A DNA stretch of 64,000 nt, from the NCBI GenBank assembly GCA_900617105.1, contig UYFQ01000023.1:124001-188000 (forward strand), read 5' to 3'. The notes under the pieces were generated by a model. The model was not told the origin of the DNA and made no database searches. It was given only the letters and a program-made list of their open reading frames with translations. This document shows positions 30,096 to 39,270 of this stretch, in pieces (within the stretch, counting starts at the first letter, position 1; every line of letters starts with the position of its first letter). The position numbers were made by a program, and so were the translations under genes. The stretch comes from Hydrurus foetidus. Taxonomy: Eukaryota.

Positions 30096-31190
30096 TTAAA
30101 CCGATTTTTCCGACACACCGGCCTGCTCAAAGCTGGCCATGTCCGCCATCACCCGGCATGCGGCCTTCAGCAAGGGCCACGCCAGCGCCGCGCCCGAGCC
30201 TTCGCCCAGGCGCAGCCCCAAGTCCAGCAAAGGCTGTACAGCGACACCGCTGACTTCGCCCAAATGCGCCAACATCAGCGCGTGCCCCGGTTCACCGGAG
30301 CGGTGCGCGAACACGCAGCGTTGCATCACCGTGGGTTGCAGCGCCTGCGCCACCAGCAAGGCGGACGTGACAATGAAGCCGTCGATCACGATGACCCGGC
30401 GCTCCAGCGCAGCTTGCAAGATGGCACCGACCAGCGTGGCGATTTCAAACCCACCGAATGCCGCCAGGGCTTGCAACGGCTCTCTGACCTGCGCGTGCAG
30501 TGCCAGCACCTCGCGCAAGATATCCACTTTGCGCTGCACGCCTGCGGGGTCAAGCCCGGTGCCCGCACCCGTGCAGGCCGCCACATCCAAACCCGCCAGC
30601 CGCGCCAGCAACAGCGACGCACTCGACGTGTTGCCAATGCCCATCTCGCCCAGCAGCACGGCATTGCCCGGCAGCGCTTTGACGATAGCGCGGCCATTGG
30701 TCATAGCCTGCTGGCATTGCGCGTCAGTCATCGCGGCTTGGGCGGATGAATCAGCGGTGCCGGGGGCGATTTTGTGGATAAGCAACTGGGGTTGACCGGT
30801 CAACTTAGCTTCCTCAGCGCAACGGGGTGCAAAGTCGTGCCGCACACCGCAGTCCACCACCGTCAGCGCCAAACCCATTTCACGCGCCAGCACGCTGACC
30901 GCCGCACCACCGGCGAGAAAGTTTTCCACCATTTGCCATGTCACGTCGCTGGGGTAGGCCGACACACCGCGAGCCGTCAAGCCGTGGTCGCCCGCGCACA
31001 CCAGCATTTGAGGCTGGCTCAACTGGGGTGTTTCGGTGCCCAAAATCTGACCCAGCTGTAAGGCCAGCGCCTCCAAACGGCCCAGCGAACCTTGGGGTTT
31101 GGTTTTTTGATCGAGCTTGTGTTGCAGGCGCTGCGTGAGGGCAGCGTCTGAAATACTTGGAATATCGGACATGTTCAGGTCAATCGTCAT
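30096..31190 (-). CDS. cobT: Nicotinate-nucleotide--dimethylbenzimidazole phosphoribosyltransferase (canonical copy)
   Basis: KTKPQGSLGRLE, SAYPSDVT, GEMGIGNT, LRLGEGSGA and MASFEQAGV; in the cob operon. Confidence 0.95.
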   Translation of the reverse strand: MTIDLNMSDIPSISDAALTQRLQHKLDQKTKPQGSLGRLEALALQLGQILGTETPQLSQPQMLVCAGDHGLTARGVSAYPSDVTWQMVENFLAGGAAVSVLAREMGLALTVVDCGVRHDFAPRCAEEAKLTGQPQLLIHKIAPGTADSSAQAAMTDAQCQQAMTNGRAIVKALPGNAVLLGEMGIGNTSSASLLLARLAGLDVAACTGAGTGLDPAGVQRKVDILREVLALHAQVREPLQALAAFGGFEIATLVGAILQAALERRVIVIDGFIVTSALLVAQALQPTVMQRCVFAHRSGEPGHALMLAHLGEVSGVAVQPLLDLGLRLGEGSGAALAWPLLKAACRVMADMASFEQAGVSEKSV

Positions 31191-31200
31191 GGTGAATTTT

Positions 31201-32673
31201 TTACGCTAAAAGTGCGTCCAAAACGCCGGGGGAGAAATGGGTGCCAATGTAATCGGCCAAGCCGTCAAACACCGCGTCCAAGGTGGGCGTGGCAACGCCG
31301 AACAGCGCGTGCAGCACGGCAGGGTCTTCAAACACACCATGCAGGTACAGGCCAAGGACGTTGCCGCGTGCGTTCTGCCAGCCCAAAGTGGTGGCGTTGG
31401 ATTGCAGCACTTCACCAGCCACGTCGCCAGCAGCGGCCATCGCCGTGTGCGGTGCCGTCTGCCCGTGGTGGATTTCGTAGCCCTGCACCACCACGCCGGA
31501 CAGCGCAGCCCAAGGGCCAGCGACTGCGCCAAATTGCGCCTGCGTGCGCTGCACCGTTTTGTCTTGCGCGAACACCGTCACCAGTGGTAACAGGCCCAAG
31601 CCCGGCGCATTGCCGTCCACGCCAAACGGATCAATCAGCGCCTCGCCCAGCATTTGCAGGCCACCGCACACGCCCAGCACAGCACCGCCCTTCCCGGCAT
31701 GGTTCGCGATGGCTGCGTCCAGCCCCTGCGCACGCAGCCACGCCAAATCGCCACTGGTGTGCTTGGAACCGGGCAGGATGACCCAATCCGCAGCAGTATT
31801 CAGACCTGCCAACTCCGCTGGACTGCGGGCCCACAGCAAGCGTACACCGGGCACATTTTTAAGCGGCTGGAACTCGTCCAGGTTGCTGATGCGGGGGTAA
31901 GCGATAACGGCGACGGTGCGCGTGACCGCCCCAGAGGCGCGGCTGCGGTCGTCAAAAACGCCGTCTTCCTCGGGCAAACCGTGCTGCCACCACATCGGCA
32001 GCGTCGCCACCGTGGGAATGCCCGTCAGCGCCTGTAACTGCGCTGGGCCGGGGGCCAGCAAGGCGGCATCACCTCGGAATTTGTTCAGCACAAAACCATG
32101 AATCAACGCCCTGTCCACCTCGGGCAACAGCGCCCAGGTGCCGTAGAGGTGGGCGAACGCGCCACCCCGGTCGATGTCGGTGACCAGCAGACAGCTGGCA
32201 TCGGCATGGCGGGCCACGCGCAGGTTCACGATGTCGCTGTCCATCAGATTGATCTCAGCCGGAGAGCCCGCGCCCTCAATCACCACCACGTCGTATTCGG
32301 CCCGCAAATCGTCCAGCGCTTGGGCAATGACGGGCCACACATGCTTGGAACGCCCGCGCCAGTCCATCTGCGTGAGCTCCGCGTTGACCTGCCCCAAAAG
32401 GACGACTTGGCTGTGGGTATCGCGCTCAGGCTTGAGCAAGAGCGGATTCATGCGGACTTCGGGGACTGCCTGCGCGGCAAGCGACTGGAAATACTGGGCA
32501 GAGCCAATTTCGCCGCCCTCTACCACCCGTGCGTTGTTGCTCATGTTCTGCGCTTTGAACGGCGCGACCTTGAGACCTTGACGAGCGTAATAACGGCACA
32601 GCGCGGTGGTGAGCCAGCTTTTGCCGGCACCGCTGGTGGTGCCTAGCACCATGATGCAAACGGCTTTTTTCAT
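31201..32673 (-). CDS. cobQ: Cobyric acid synthase
   Basis: GTTSGAGKS, FKAQNMSNN, EGAGSPAEIN, GVCGGLQMLG, GYEIHHG and YLHG. ATG 32673. Confidence 0.95.
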   Translation of the reverse strand: MKKAVCIMVLGTTSGAGKSWLTTALCRYYARQGLKVAPFKAQNMSNNARVVEGGEIGSAQYFQSLAAQAVPEVRMNPLLLKPERDTHSQVVLLGQVNAELTQMDWRGRSKHVWPVIAQALDDLRAEYDVVVIEGAGSPAEINLMDSDIVNLRVARHADASCLLVTDIDRGGAFAHLYGTWALLPEVDRALIHGFVLNKFRGDAALLAPGPAQLQALTGIPTVATLPMWWQHGLPEEDGVFDDRSRASGAVTRTVAVIAYPRISNLDEFQPLKNVPGVRLLWARSPAELAGLNTAADWVILPGSKHTSGDLAWLRAQGLDAAIANHAGKGGAVLGVCGGLQMLGEALIDPFGVDGNAPGLGLLPLVTVFAQDKTVQRTQAQFGAVAGPWAALSGVVVQGYEIHHGQTAPHTAMAAAGDVAGEVLQSNATTLGWQNARGNVLGLYLHGVFEDPAVLHALFGVATPTLDAVFDGLADYIGTHFSPGVLDALLA

Positions 32674-33704
32674 ACAACTGTCTCCAAACAATTCCAACAC
32701 TTTGCAAACGCCTCCAGCGCCTCCGGCGGCAGCACCCCCAGCCGCACATAACCAGGCAGACCGAAGGAGGTCGCGTCACGCAGCTTGATGCCGTGGCTGC
32801 GCAGGGTGTGCAACCACGCCGGGACATCAGCAACCCCAGGCCGTGCCACGAAAAAATTCACATCGCTGGGCAGTACCTGCCAGCCCCAGGATGCGCATTG
32901 TGCGACTTGCTGCGCCTTCCACGCCCGCAGAGTGGGCAGCGTTTCGGCAAGCCATTGCTGGCTGGGGGCGCGGCACCAGGCGTGCAGCAGCGCGACACCG
33001 TGTGCGCCCAGGGGCCACGATGGCGACAGCGCGGTCAATAACTTCACCGCCTGCTCAAGCCCCAGCGGCGCGATGGCGTAAGCGGCGCGGATGCCGGTGA
33101 GGCCCAGGGCTTTGTTGGGGGTCCAGAGTTGCCAGACGGCGTTCATTTGGGCAGCGTTCAAGCTGGGAGCGCCGGACAGGCGCAGGGGGGCATAAGCACA
33201 ATCGAGAACGGCTTGCTGCGGATATGGATGTGCCATCAAACCGTTCACCCACGCCGCCATGCTCGCCTGCGGCTGGCCCAAAGGGCTGGACGGCTCGCAG
33301 CACCACAGCAAAGCGGCACGGGATGGCTCCGTCGTGACAGGCAAACCCCAAGCTTGCGCAGCCTGGGCATAGTCGCCGTAGTGGTGAGGGGGGAAGCAGA
33401 CATCACCATGACCTTCACTCGCCTGACCCGAGCGCATCACCCAAGCGCTGATGCGGTGGATAAATTCACTGGCACTGGCAGCCAGCACGATGCGTGCGGG
33501 GTTGACGCTGTGGAAGGCTGCCAATTCGGCCTTCAGTGCGGTGTACTGCGGATCGGGGTAACGTGTGGCATCGGCCTGCTGTACCGCTGCGAGGGCATGG
33601 GGGCACGGGCCGCAGGCGTTGCTGTTGGTGGAAAAGTCGTACAGCGGCACGCCCAAGGCATCAGGGCCGCCGTGGGCAGAGGTGGGATGGTTTTGCGCCG
33701 TCAT
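32670..33704 (-). CDS. cobD: PLP-dependent threonine-phosphate decarboxylase-like protein
   Basis: HGG, DFSTNSN, YPDP, PLP Lys region (PNKALGLTGIR) and RDATSFGL; cob context. Confidence 0.8.
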   Translation of the reverse strand: MTAQNHPTSAHGGPDALGVPLYDFSTNSNACGPCPHALAAVQQADATRYPDPQYTALKAELAAFHSVNPARIVLAASASEFIHRISAWVMRSGQASEGHGDVCFPPHHYGDYAQAAQAWGLPVTTEPSRAALLWCCEPSSPLGQPQASMAAWVNGLMAHPYPQQAVLDCAYAPLRLSGAPSLNAAQMNAVWQLWTPNKALGLTGIRAAYAIAPLGLEQAVKLLTALSPSWPLGAHGVALLHAWCRAPSQQWLAETLPTLRAWKAQQVAQCASWGWQVLPSDVNFFVARPGVADVPAWLHTLRSHGIKLRDATSFGLPGYVRLGVLPPEALEAFAKCWNCLETVV

Positions 33705-34723
33705 ATCGCTATCAAAAATAGAGCTACCAACGCCAATAGAATAAGCGCAAGCACGGTATTTCGTGCCAAAACTACCGCTGTAACCGTGTCTGTCGCCTGC
33801 GGAGAACGCCCTGGCGCATTCAGCGTGTACACACCGGGTTTACCCAAGCGGATGCCCACAGCCAAAGCCATCGCCGCCATCGGCCACCCGCTGTTGGGTG
33901 ATGGGGTCAGGCGGGCTTGTTGGCGCAATTCACGCCAATGCATACAACATGCCACGGCCATCAGCAGCACAGCGGTCAGGCGTGCAGGCAGCCACGACAA
34001 CACGTCATCAGCCCAGGCGGCCCACTTGCCAGCCCATTCCCAGACCTGACCGTGGCGCACGCCTCGGTAGCCCCACATGGCATCAGCGGTGTTGGCGAAG
34101 CGGTAGAGCGCCGCACCGGGCAGGCCCAGCAGCACGAACCAGAAAATCGGTGCGACCACGGAATCGTTCAGGTTTTCAGCGAGGGATTCGATGGCGCTTT
34201 CACGCACCTGCGCCGCAGTCAAGGTGGTGACATCGCGGCTGACCAGCCATGCGAGGCGGGCACGACCGGCTTGCAGCGATGTGCCCAAGGCGGCTTCCAC
34301 GGCTTGCACTTCGCTCTTGAGCATGGCCCAGGCCAGCAGGGGTTTGAGGGCGAGGCCTAACGGCACCGAGGACAGCAGCAGCGCAGTAAGCAGACTGCCA
34401 GACAGGCGCACCAGCGAACTTGCGGCGTACAAAATGGCGGTTTGCAGCGCCCATGACGCTACGAAAACAGCAGCTGCACCCGCCCACCAGCAAAGCAGTC
34501 CAAGGGTAAAAGACTTGTAATCTGGGGTTTGCGCGACGGTTTCGGGATCGACTTTGGCTTCAGCTTCAGCTTCAGCTTTGGCTTGGGGCGCAATGCGCTT
34601 ACCCGCCCAGCCCAAAAAGTTACCCATCCAGACCACGGGGTGCCACCGGGCGGGCGGCTCGCCCAAGCGCCAATCGACCACCAAGGCCACCAGCAGAGCG
34701 GCGCAGTTGACAGCCCAGAGCAT
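33701..34723 (-). CDS. cbiB: Adenosylcobinamide-phosphate synthase
   Basis: GEPPARWHPVVWMG, VSRD, ESLAENLNDSVVAP, NTADAMWGY and SPNSGWP. Confidence 0.95.
   Translation of the reverse strand: MLWAVNCAALLVALVVDWRLGEPPARWHPVVWMGNFLGWAGKRIAPQAKAEAEAEAKVDPETVAQTPDYKSFTLGLLCWWAGAAAVFVASWALQTAILYAASSLVRLSGSLLTALLLSSVPLGLALKPLLAWAMLKSEVQAVEAALGTSLQAGRARLAWLVSRDVTTLTAAQVRESAIESLAENLNDSVVAPIFWFVLLGLPGAALYRFANTADAMWGYRGVRHGQVWEWAGKWAAWADDVLSWLPARLTAVLLMAVACCMHWRELRQQARLTPSPNSGWPMAAMALAVGIRLGKPGVYTLNAPGRSPQATDTVTAVVLARNTVLALILLALVALFLIAI
33708..33761 (+). repeat. Dispersed element copy (forms the last TM helix of cbiB)
   Basis: GCTATCAAAAATAGAGC TACCAACGC CAATAGAAT AAGCGC AAGCACGGTATTT; the clearest intragenic copy. 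Confidence 0.8.
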
Positions 34724-34738
34724 CAGGGTCTCAAACCG

Positions 34739-35776
34739 TCAATGTCCGTGGCTCACCACATGGCCCGCCTTCATCCCCAGGCGCTCCAGCAGTGCCTTGT
34801 CCGCTGACACGTCCGGGTTGCCGGTGGTTAGCAGCTTTTCACCGTAAAAAATTGAATTCGCACCGGCGGCAAAGCACAGGGCTTGCACCGCGTCGCTCAT
34901 GGCTTGGCGACCGGCGGACAAGCGCACACGGGCCAGAGGCATGGTGATGCGGGCGACGGCGATGGTGCGCACAAATTCCAGCGGGTCTAAATCAGGCTGA
35001 TCGGCCAGGGGCGTGCCGGGCACTTTCACCAGATTGTTGATGGGCACGGATTCGGGGTACGGGGCCAAATTGGCCAGTTGCCCGATCAAGCCAGCACGCT
35101 GGGCGCGGGTTTCGCCCATGCCGACGATGCCACCGCTGCACACTTTGACGCCCGAGGCACGCACATGGGCCAGGGTGTCGAGGCGGTCTTGGTAGTCGCG
35201 GGTTTGGATGATGTCGCCGTAAAAATCAGGCGAGCTGTCCAGGTTGTGGTTGTAGTAATCCAGCCCGGCCTCTTGCAAGGTGTTGGCGTGGTCTTGCGTC
35301 AACATGCCCAAAGTGGCGCAGGCTTCCAGCCCCATCGCTTTGACGCTTTTGACCAAAATGGCGACAGCTTCCACGTCGCGGTCTTTGGGGGCACGCCACG
35401 CGGCACCCATGCAGAAACGGGTGGCACCGGCGGCTTTGGCAAGCTGTGCGGCGGCAATCACGGCATCCACATCCAGCAGTTTGGAGGCTTCAACACCGGT
35501 GTCGTAATGCACGGACTGTGGGCAGTAGCCGCAGTCTTCCGGGCAGCCACCGGTTTTGACGGACAAGAGCGTGGCCAGCTCGACCTGGGTGGGGTCAAAG
35601 TGCTGGCGGTGGGCGGTTTGGGCTTGGAACAGCAGCTCGGTGAAGGGCAAGTCAAACAGCGCTTCGATAGCGGCCACGGGCCAGCGCTCGGGGGTGTCGG
35701 TAGCTGGGGCAGGTGTGCTTGGGCGCTTGGCAGCGGTGGGGTGAAAATGCAGGGTTTGGGGGGCTTCAGCTAGCAT
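34739..35776 (-). CDS. bioB: Biotin synthase
   Basis: CPEDCGYC radical SAM motif, YNHNLD, ESVPIN and RLSAGR. Confidence 0.97.
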   Translation of the reverse strand: MLAEAPQTLHFHPTAAKRPSTPAPATDTPERWPVAAIEALFDLPFTELLFQAQTAHRQHFDPTQVELATLLSVKTGGCPEDCGYCPQSVHYDTGVEASKLLDVDAVIAAAQLAKAAGATRFCMGAAWRAPKDRDVEAVAILVKSVKAMGLEACATLGMLTQDHANTLQEAGLDYYNHNLDSSPDFYGDIIQTRDYQDRLDTLAHVRASGVKVCSGGIVGMGETRAQRAGLIGQLANLAPYPESVPINNLVKVPGTPLADQPDLDPLEFVRTIAVARITMPLARVRLSAGRQAMSDAVQALCFAAGANSIFYGEKLLTTGNPDVSADKALLERLGMKAGHVVSHGH

Positions 35777-35810
35777 GGATCAAGTCAAGGTTAGGGGGGT
35801 TAACAGAGGT

Positions 35811-36299
35811 TCACAACTTCTCTAAAGTCGAAATCGGCAAATACAAGCACAAGGGGTCGTCCAACGTGGCGGTGAAACCTAAGCCGGTATAAAACGCTTT
35901 GACCTTGTCGTTCTTGGCATCGACCAGCACGGCGAACAAGCCTACTTGTTGTGAGAATTCCAAAGCCAGTTGCAGCGCAAAGGCCATCAGATGTTGACCT
36001 GTACCGCGCCCTTGCTGTTGGCGGTCAACGCCCAAGCGGCCGATGCGCAAGGTGGGGGCAGGGTAACGCGGCAGTTTGAGGTTCGGGGGCAGTTTGTGTG
36101 CGTCCACCTGACCGGCGCTGAGGGTGATGAAACCCACAACCTGGATGCCATCGTCCGCCAGAGCCACATAGGTTTTACCAAAACCGCGCCGCTCAAGTTG
36201 CCCTGCTTGGCGCTGCAAAAACGCATTCAAAGCGGGTTCGCCGCAATCAAAACCCGTGCGCTGGTGCCGAGCGGCAAGCCGCTCAATGTGAATGCCCAT
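35811..36299 (-). CDS. GNAT toxin (AtaT/TacT-like)
   Basis: FDCGEPALNAFL, IGRLGVD, QGRGTG and VDAK...FY; starts immediately after the antitoxin stop. Confidence 0.9.
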   Translation of the reverse strand: MGIHIERLAARHQRTGFDCGEPALNAFLQRQAGQLERRGFGKTYVALADDGIQVVGFITLSAGQVDAHKLPPNLKLPRYPAPTLRIGRLGVDRQQQGRGTGQHLMAFALQLALEFSQQVGLFAVLVDAKNDKVKAFYTGLGFTATLDDPLCLYLPISTLEKL

Positions 36300-36575
36300 T
36301 TACCGAAGCGCCATCAGACGGCGTAGCGCTGGTGTGGGCTCGGGTGGGTTTTCGCAATGGGCGATGAACTGCTCAAACGCTTCTTGCGACAGGGTGAGGG
36401 TGTCTTTGTCCGCCACGATACGCCGCGCCGCCTCATAGGCGTTTTGCAGCATGAAGCTGGACACCGTAGACCCCATGATGGCCGCAGCACGCTCGATCAA
36501 AGCTTTGGCTTCAGGGCTGGTGCGCAGGTTGATGCGGGCGGATTCGGTGGGCGCGTTGGTGGCAAGAGCAGACAT
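36300..36575 (-). CDS. DUF1778 ribbon-helix-helix antitoxin (AtaR/TacA-like)
   Basis: RINLR...KALIERAA...SSFML...LSQEAFEQF...PPEPTPALRRL pattern. Confidence 0.9.
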   Translation of the reverse strand: MSALATNAPTESARINLRTSPEAKALIERAAAIMGSTVSSFMLQNAYEAARRIVADKDTLTLSQEAFEQFIAHCENPPEPTPALRRLMALR

Positions 36576-36598
36576 GTTGGACTCCTAGGATGAAAAAT

Positions 36599-36619
36599 TG
36601 TACGTCAAATTGACGCACA
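36599..36619. promoter_or_regulatory. Palindromic operator of the GNAT-RHH TA operon
   Basis: TGTACGTCAA-A-TTGACGCACA (one mismatch), about 24 bp upstream of the antitoxin start. Confidence 0.7.
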
Positions 36620-36636
36620 CCATCTGAGCCTCTTGC

Positions 36637-37818
36637 TCACGGAGTCAGCCCCACCGACTTCAGCCACGCCCCCTCCTTCTCCAGCGGTGCAGGCAAAAAC
36701 CGCTCGGGCAATTCCCACACCACGACTTTAGGCGGGCTGGTTTTGAAAGCATCGTCTTTGAAGTAATCCGTTGCCGCGGACAAGAAGCCGCCGCCGTCTT
36801 TGGCCGTGTTCAGCACTTTGGCGGAGAGTGCTTGCTGCAAGTAGCCATGGAAGTTGCCGCGCAGCGAGTACGAGGTACCGGTCAGCGTGACGGGAATCGC
36901 CTCGGTATCACCCAACAAGCCGCCACCGGCTTTGTCCGCGCTAGTCTGTTGGGTGGCAACAGGGGCTTCGCTGTCGGGGCGGGGTCGCCCAAAGTTGGGG
37001 ATGTCACTCAGGCCCATCAAACGGATCAAATCGCCAGGGCGCTCTGCGGCGGGGCCGCTGGCTTGGGTGGCGAAGGTGGTGGCATCTTCGGCCAGACGAG
37101 CAGACAGGCCAGCCGCCGCTACCGTGGCGGCAACGGCTAGTGCTGCGAGCTGGGCACCTTGGGCGTTCCAGTGGGTGTCGGTGCGGTAGTAAATAGGCAC
37201 AGAACCCTTGTTACTGCTTGCCCCTTGTGCGAAGGGTGCTAGCAAATCTGCAGTGATCACGCCCTGCGCCCGCAACGCTTGCAGCGCCTGTGCGTAGCGG
37301 TTTTGGGTGAAGCTGGGGATGTGGCCTTCCGACAGATACTGGGGATAAATCCGCGCTTTGTCGGGCACCAGGGCGACGACCAGTTTCACGCCGAGTTTGT
37401 TCAGCGCTTGAGAAGTTTGGCTGAGCAAGGCGATGCGGGCAGCTTGATTGGCGGCGGCATCGGGGTAGTGGCGCACCTCGTCGGTCAGGTAGAGCCAGTC
37501 GTCAGCCCCTAAGCGCACTTGGTCGCCACCGCCGTGGGTAAGCTTGTAGCGCAGGCTGTTGGCGACGGCGATCAACCACGGGCGTGCAGGCAGTTTGTGG
37601 TCGATTTGTTTTTCAATAGAACCCGTCATGCGGCCTTCGCGGAAGTCGAGCAAGGTGGGTGGAAACTCCAAACCAGAGCGTACCGAGGCGGTGACTTGCC
37701 ACACACCAAAGGCCATCACCACAATCAAGGTGGCGGCAGCGCTGGCGGTGTAGGCGCTGGGGCGCAAGGCTTTCAACTCGGCTTCGGTCGGTTCAGGGGT
37801 CAGTGATTTTGTAGACAT
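36637..37818 (-). CDS. AlgJ/AlgX-type SGNH-like O-acetyltransferase
   Basis: N-terminal TM, GADDWLYL, VPDK, YRTDTHWN (DxH), GTSYS (Ser) and WELPER. Confidence 0.88.
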   Translation of the reverse strand: MSTKSLTPEPTEAELKALRPSAYTASAAATLIVVMAFGVWQVTASVRSGLEFPPTLLDFREGRMTGSIEKQIDHKLPARPWLIAVANSLRYKLTHGGGDQVRLGADDWLYLTDEVRHYPDAAANQAARIALLSQTSQALNKLGVKLVVALVPDKARIYPQYLSEGHIPSFTQNRYAQALQALRAQGVITADLLAPFAQGASSNKGSVPIYYRTDTHWNAQGAQLAALAVAATVAAAGLSARLAEDATTFATQASGPAAERPGDLIRLMGLSDIPNFGRPRPDSEAPVATQQTSADKAGGGLLGDTEAIPVTLTGTSYSLRGNFHGYLQQALSAKVLNTAKDGGGFLSAATDYFKDDAFKTSPPKVVVWELPERFLPAPLEKEGAWLKSVGLTP

Positions 37819-37833
37819 TAAAACAGCCCCACC

Positions 37834-39231
37834 TCAAAACTGGAAGTACAAGAACGGCGTGAACGCCTGCGACGACAGCGTGGCCAGCGCCCACAGGAAC
37901 AGCGGAATCAGCAGGTAACGCAAAAACCCACCGCCGGTGCGCTTGAGCCACGGCATGGCGTAGACCAGCGCGATGCCAAACAGCAGCACGCCCAACCTGT
38001 CTGGCGTGACTTGCCAAACCACCGAATCGCTGAAGGGTACGCCGTTCGCGCCCAGCATCCCGGAGAACATGCGACCAGCGCTGGCAATGTCAGCGGCACG
38101 GAACAGCACCCAGCCGATCATCACCAGCAACATCGTCCACACCACGGCAAACCAGCCGGACACCCAGGCAGGGAAAACGGGCTGCGGAAAGCGCTCTTTC
38201 CAGTAGCGCTCAGCCGCCAAAATGCCGCCGTGCCACGCGCCCCAGACGATGAACGTCCAGTTCGCACCGTGCCACAGGCCGCCCAGCAGCATCGTCAAAA
38301 ACAGGTTCAAGTAGGTGCGTGCCACGCCGTGGCGGTTACCGCCCAACGCGATGTACAGGTATTCGCGCAACCAACTGGAAAGCGACATGTGCCATCGCTT
38401 CCAGAATTCAGTGATGGACTTGGAGGTGTACGGGTCATTGAAATTCTCAGGAAACACAAAGCCAATCATCAGCGCAAGGCCAATCGCCATGTCGGTGTAG
38501 CCGCTGAAATCAAAGAACAGCTGAATGGTGTACGCAAAGCTGCCCAGCCACGCATCGGCCAGCGTAGGCGAGCTAGCGTTAAAGGCCGCATCGGCCAGTG
38601 GGGCTACGGTGTCTGCTATCAAAACCTTTTTGCAAAAACCCACCATGAAAATGATGGTGCCCCGGCTGAAACGCTCCCAGGAATGCACCCGGCTTTTGAA
38701 CTGCGCGGCCAGCAGGTTGTAGCGCAGCACCGGCCCGGCGACCAAATGCGGGAACAGGGCGATGAAAGCAGCGAAGTCGATCAAATTGCTGGCGGGCGGG
38801 GCCTCGCGGCGGTAAATGTCCACCAAGTAACTGATGGCGTGGAAGATGTAAAACGACAGACCGATGGGCAGCAGCACATGGGTGAACGAAATATTGCCAA
38901 AACCCAGGCCATTGAGCAGGCCGTTCATCGTCGCCACGCCAAAATTGGCGTACTTGAAATAGGCCAACGCCATCAGGTTCAGCGTGACTCCGATGGCCAG
39001 CATCCGGTAGCGCCGCGCCTCGTCAAGCGCTGCCTCAATCGCCAAGGCAAAGCCATAGGACACCACGCTCACCCCCACCAGCAGCCCCAAGAAGTCAGGC
39101 CGCCACCACGCATAAAACGCATAGCTGAACGCCAAAATCAAGGCGGATCGCCCACGAAAGGGCATCAGGTAATAGCAGATCAAAAAGATCGGCAAAAACG
39201 CGAAGATGAAAATATTGGAGCTGAAAACCAT
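37834..39231 (-). CDS. AlgI-type MBOAT O-acyltransferase
   Basis: MVFSS, LPIGLSFY, FDFSGYTDMAIG, FWKRWHMSLS and GLWHGANW (catalytic His). Confidence 0.93.
   Translation of the reverse strand: MVFSSNIFIFAFLPIFLICYYLMPFRGRSALILAFSYAFYAWWRPDFLGLLVGVSVVSYGFALAIEAALDEARRYRMLAIGVTLNLMALAYFKYANFGVATMNGLLNGLGFGNISFTHVLLPIGLSFYIFHAISYLVDIYRREAPPASNLIDFAAFIALFPHLVAGPVLRYNLLAAQFKSRVHSWERFSRGTIIFMVGFCKKVLIADTVAPLADAAFNASSPTLADAWLGSFAYTIQLFFDFSGYTDMAIGLALMIGFVFPENFNDPYTSKSITEFWKRWHMSLSSWLREYLYIALGGNRHGVARTYLNLFLTMLLGGLWHGANWTFIVWGAWHGGILAAERYWKERFPQPVFPAWVSGWFAVVWTMLLVMIGWVLFRAADIASAGRMFSGMLGANGVPFSDSVVWQVTPDRLGVLLFGIALVYAMPWLKRTGGGFLRYLLIPLFLWALATLSSQAFTPFLYFQF
38579..38631 (-). repeat. Weak dispersed element copy overlaid on a conserved AlgI motif
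   Basis: Minus strand AAAAAGGTTTTGATAGC AGACACCGT...TGCGGCCTTTAA; uses the rare TTG ATA GCA codons. Confidence 0.35.
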
Positions 39232-39270
39232 AAGCGTCTCGTTATTGTTCTGTTTTGTTACCTGCCGCTA

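Noticed and set aside
1789..31190. cobT copies as direct repeats bounding a genomic island
   Set aside because: No integrase, att site or transposase; the copies are well diverged, and cobS/cobC lie inside the interval.
34557..34574. GCTTCA x3 in cbiB (AEAEAE)
   Set aside because: Short in-frame microsatellite in a variable loop; no phase-variation potential.
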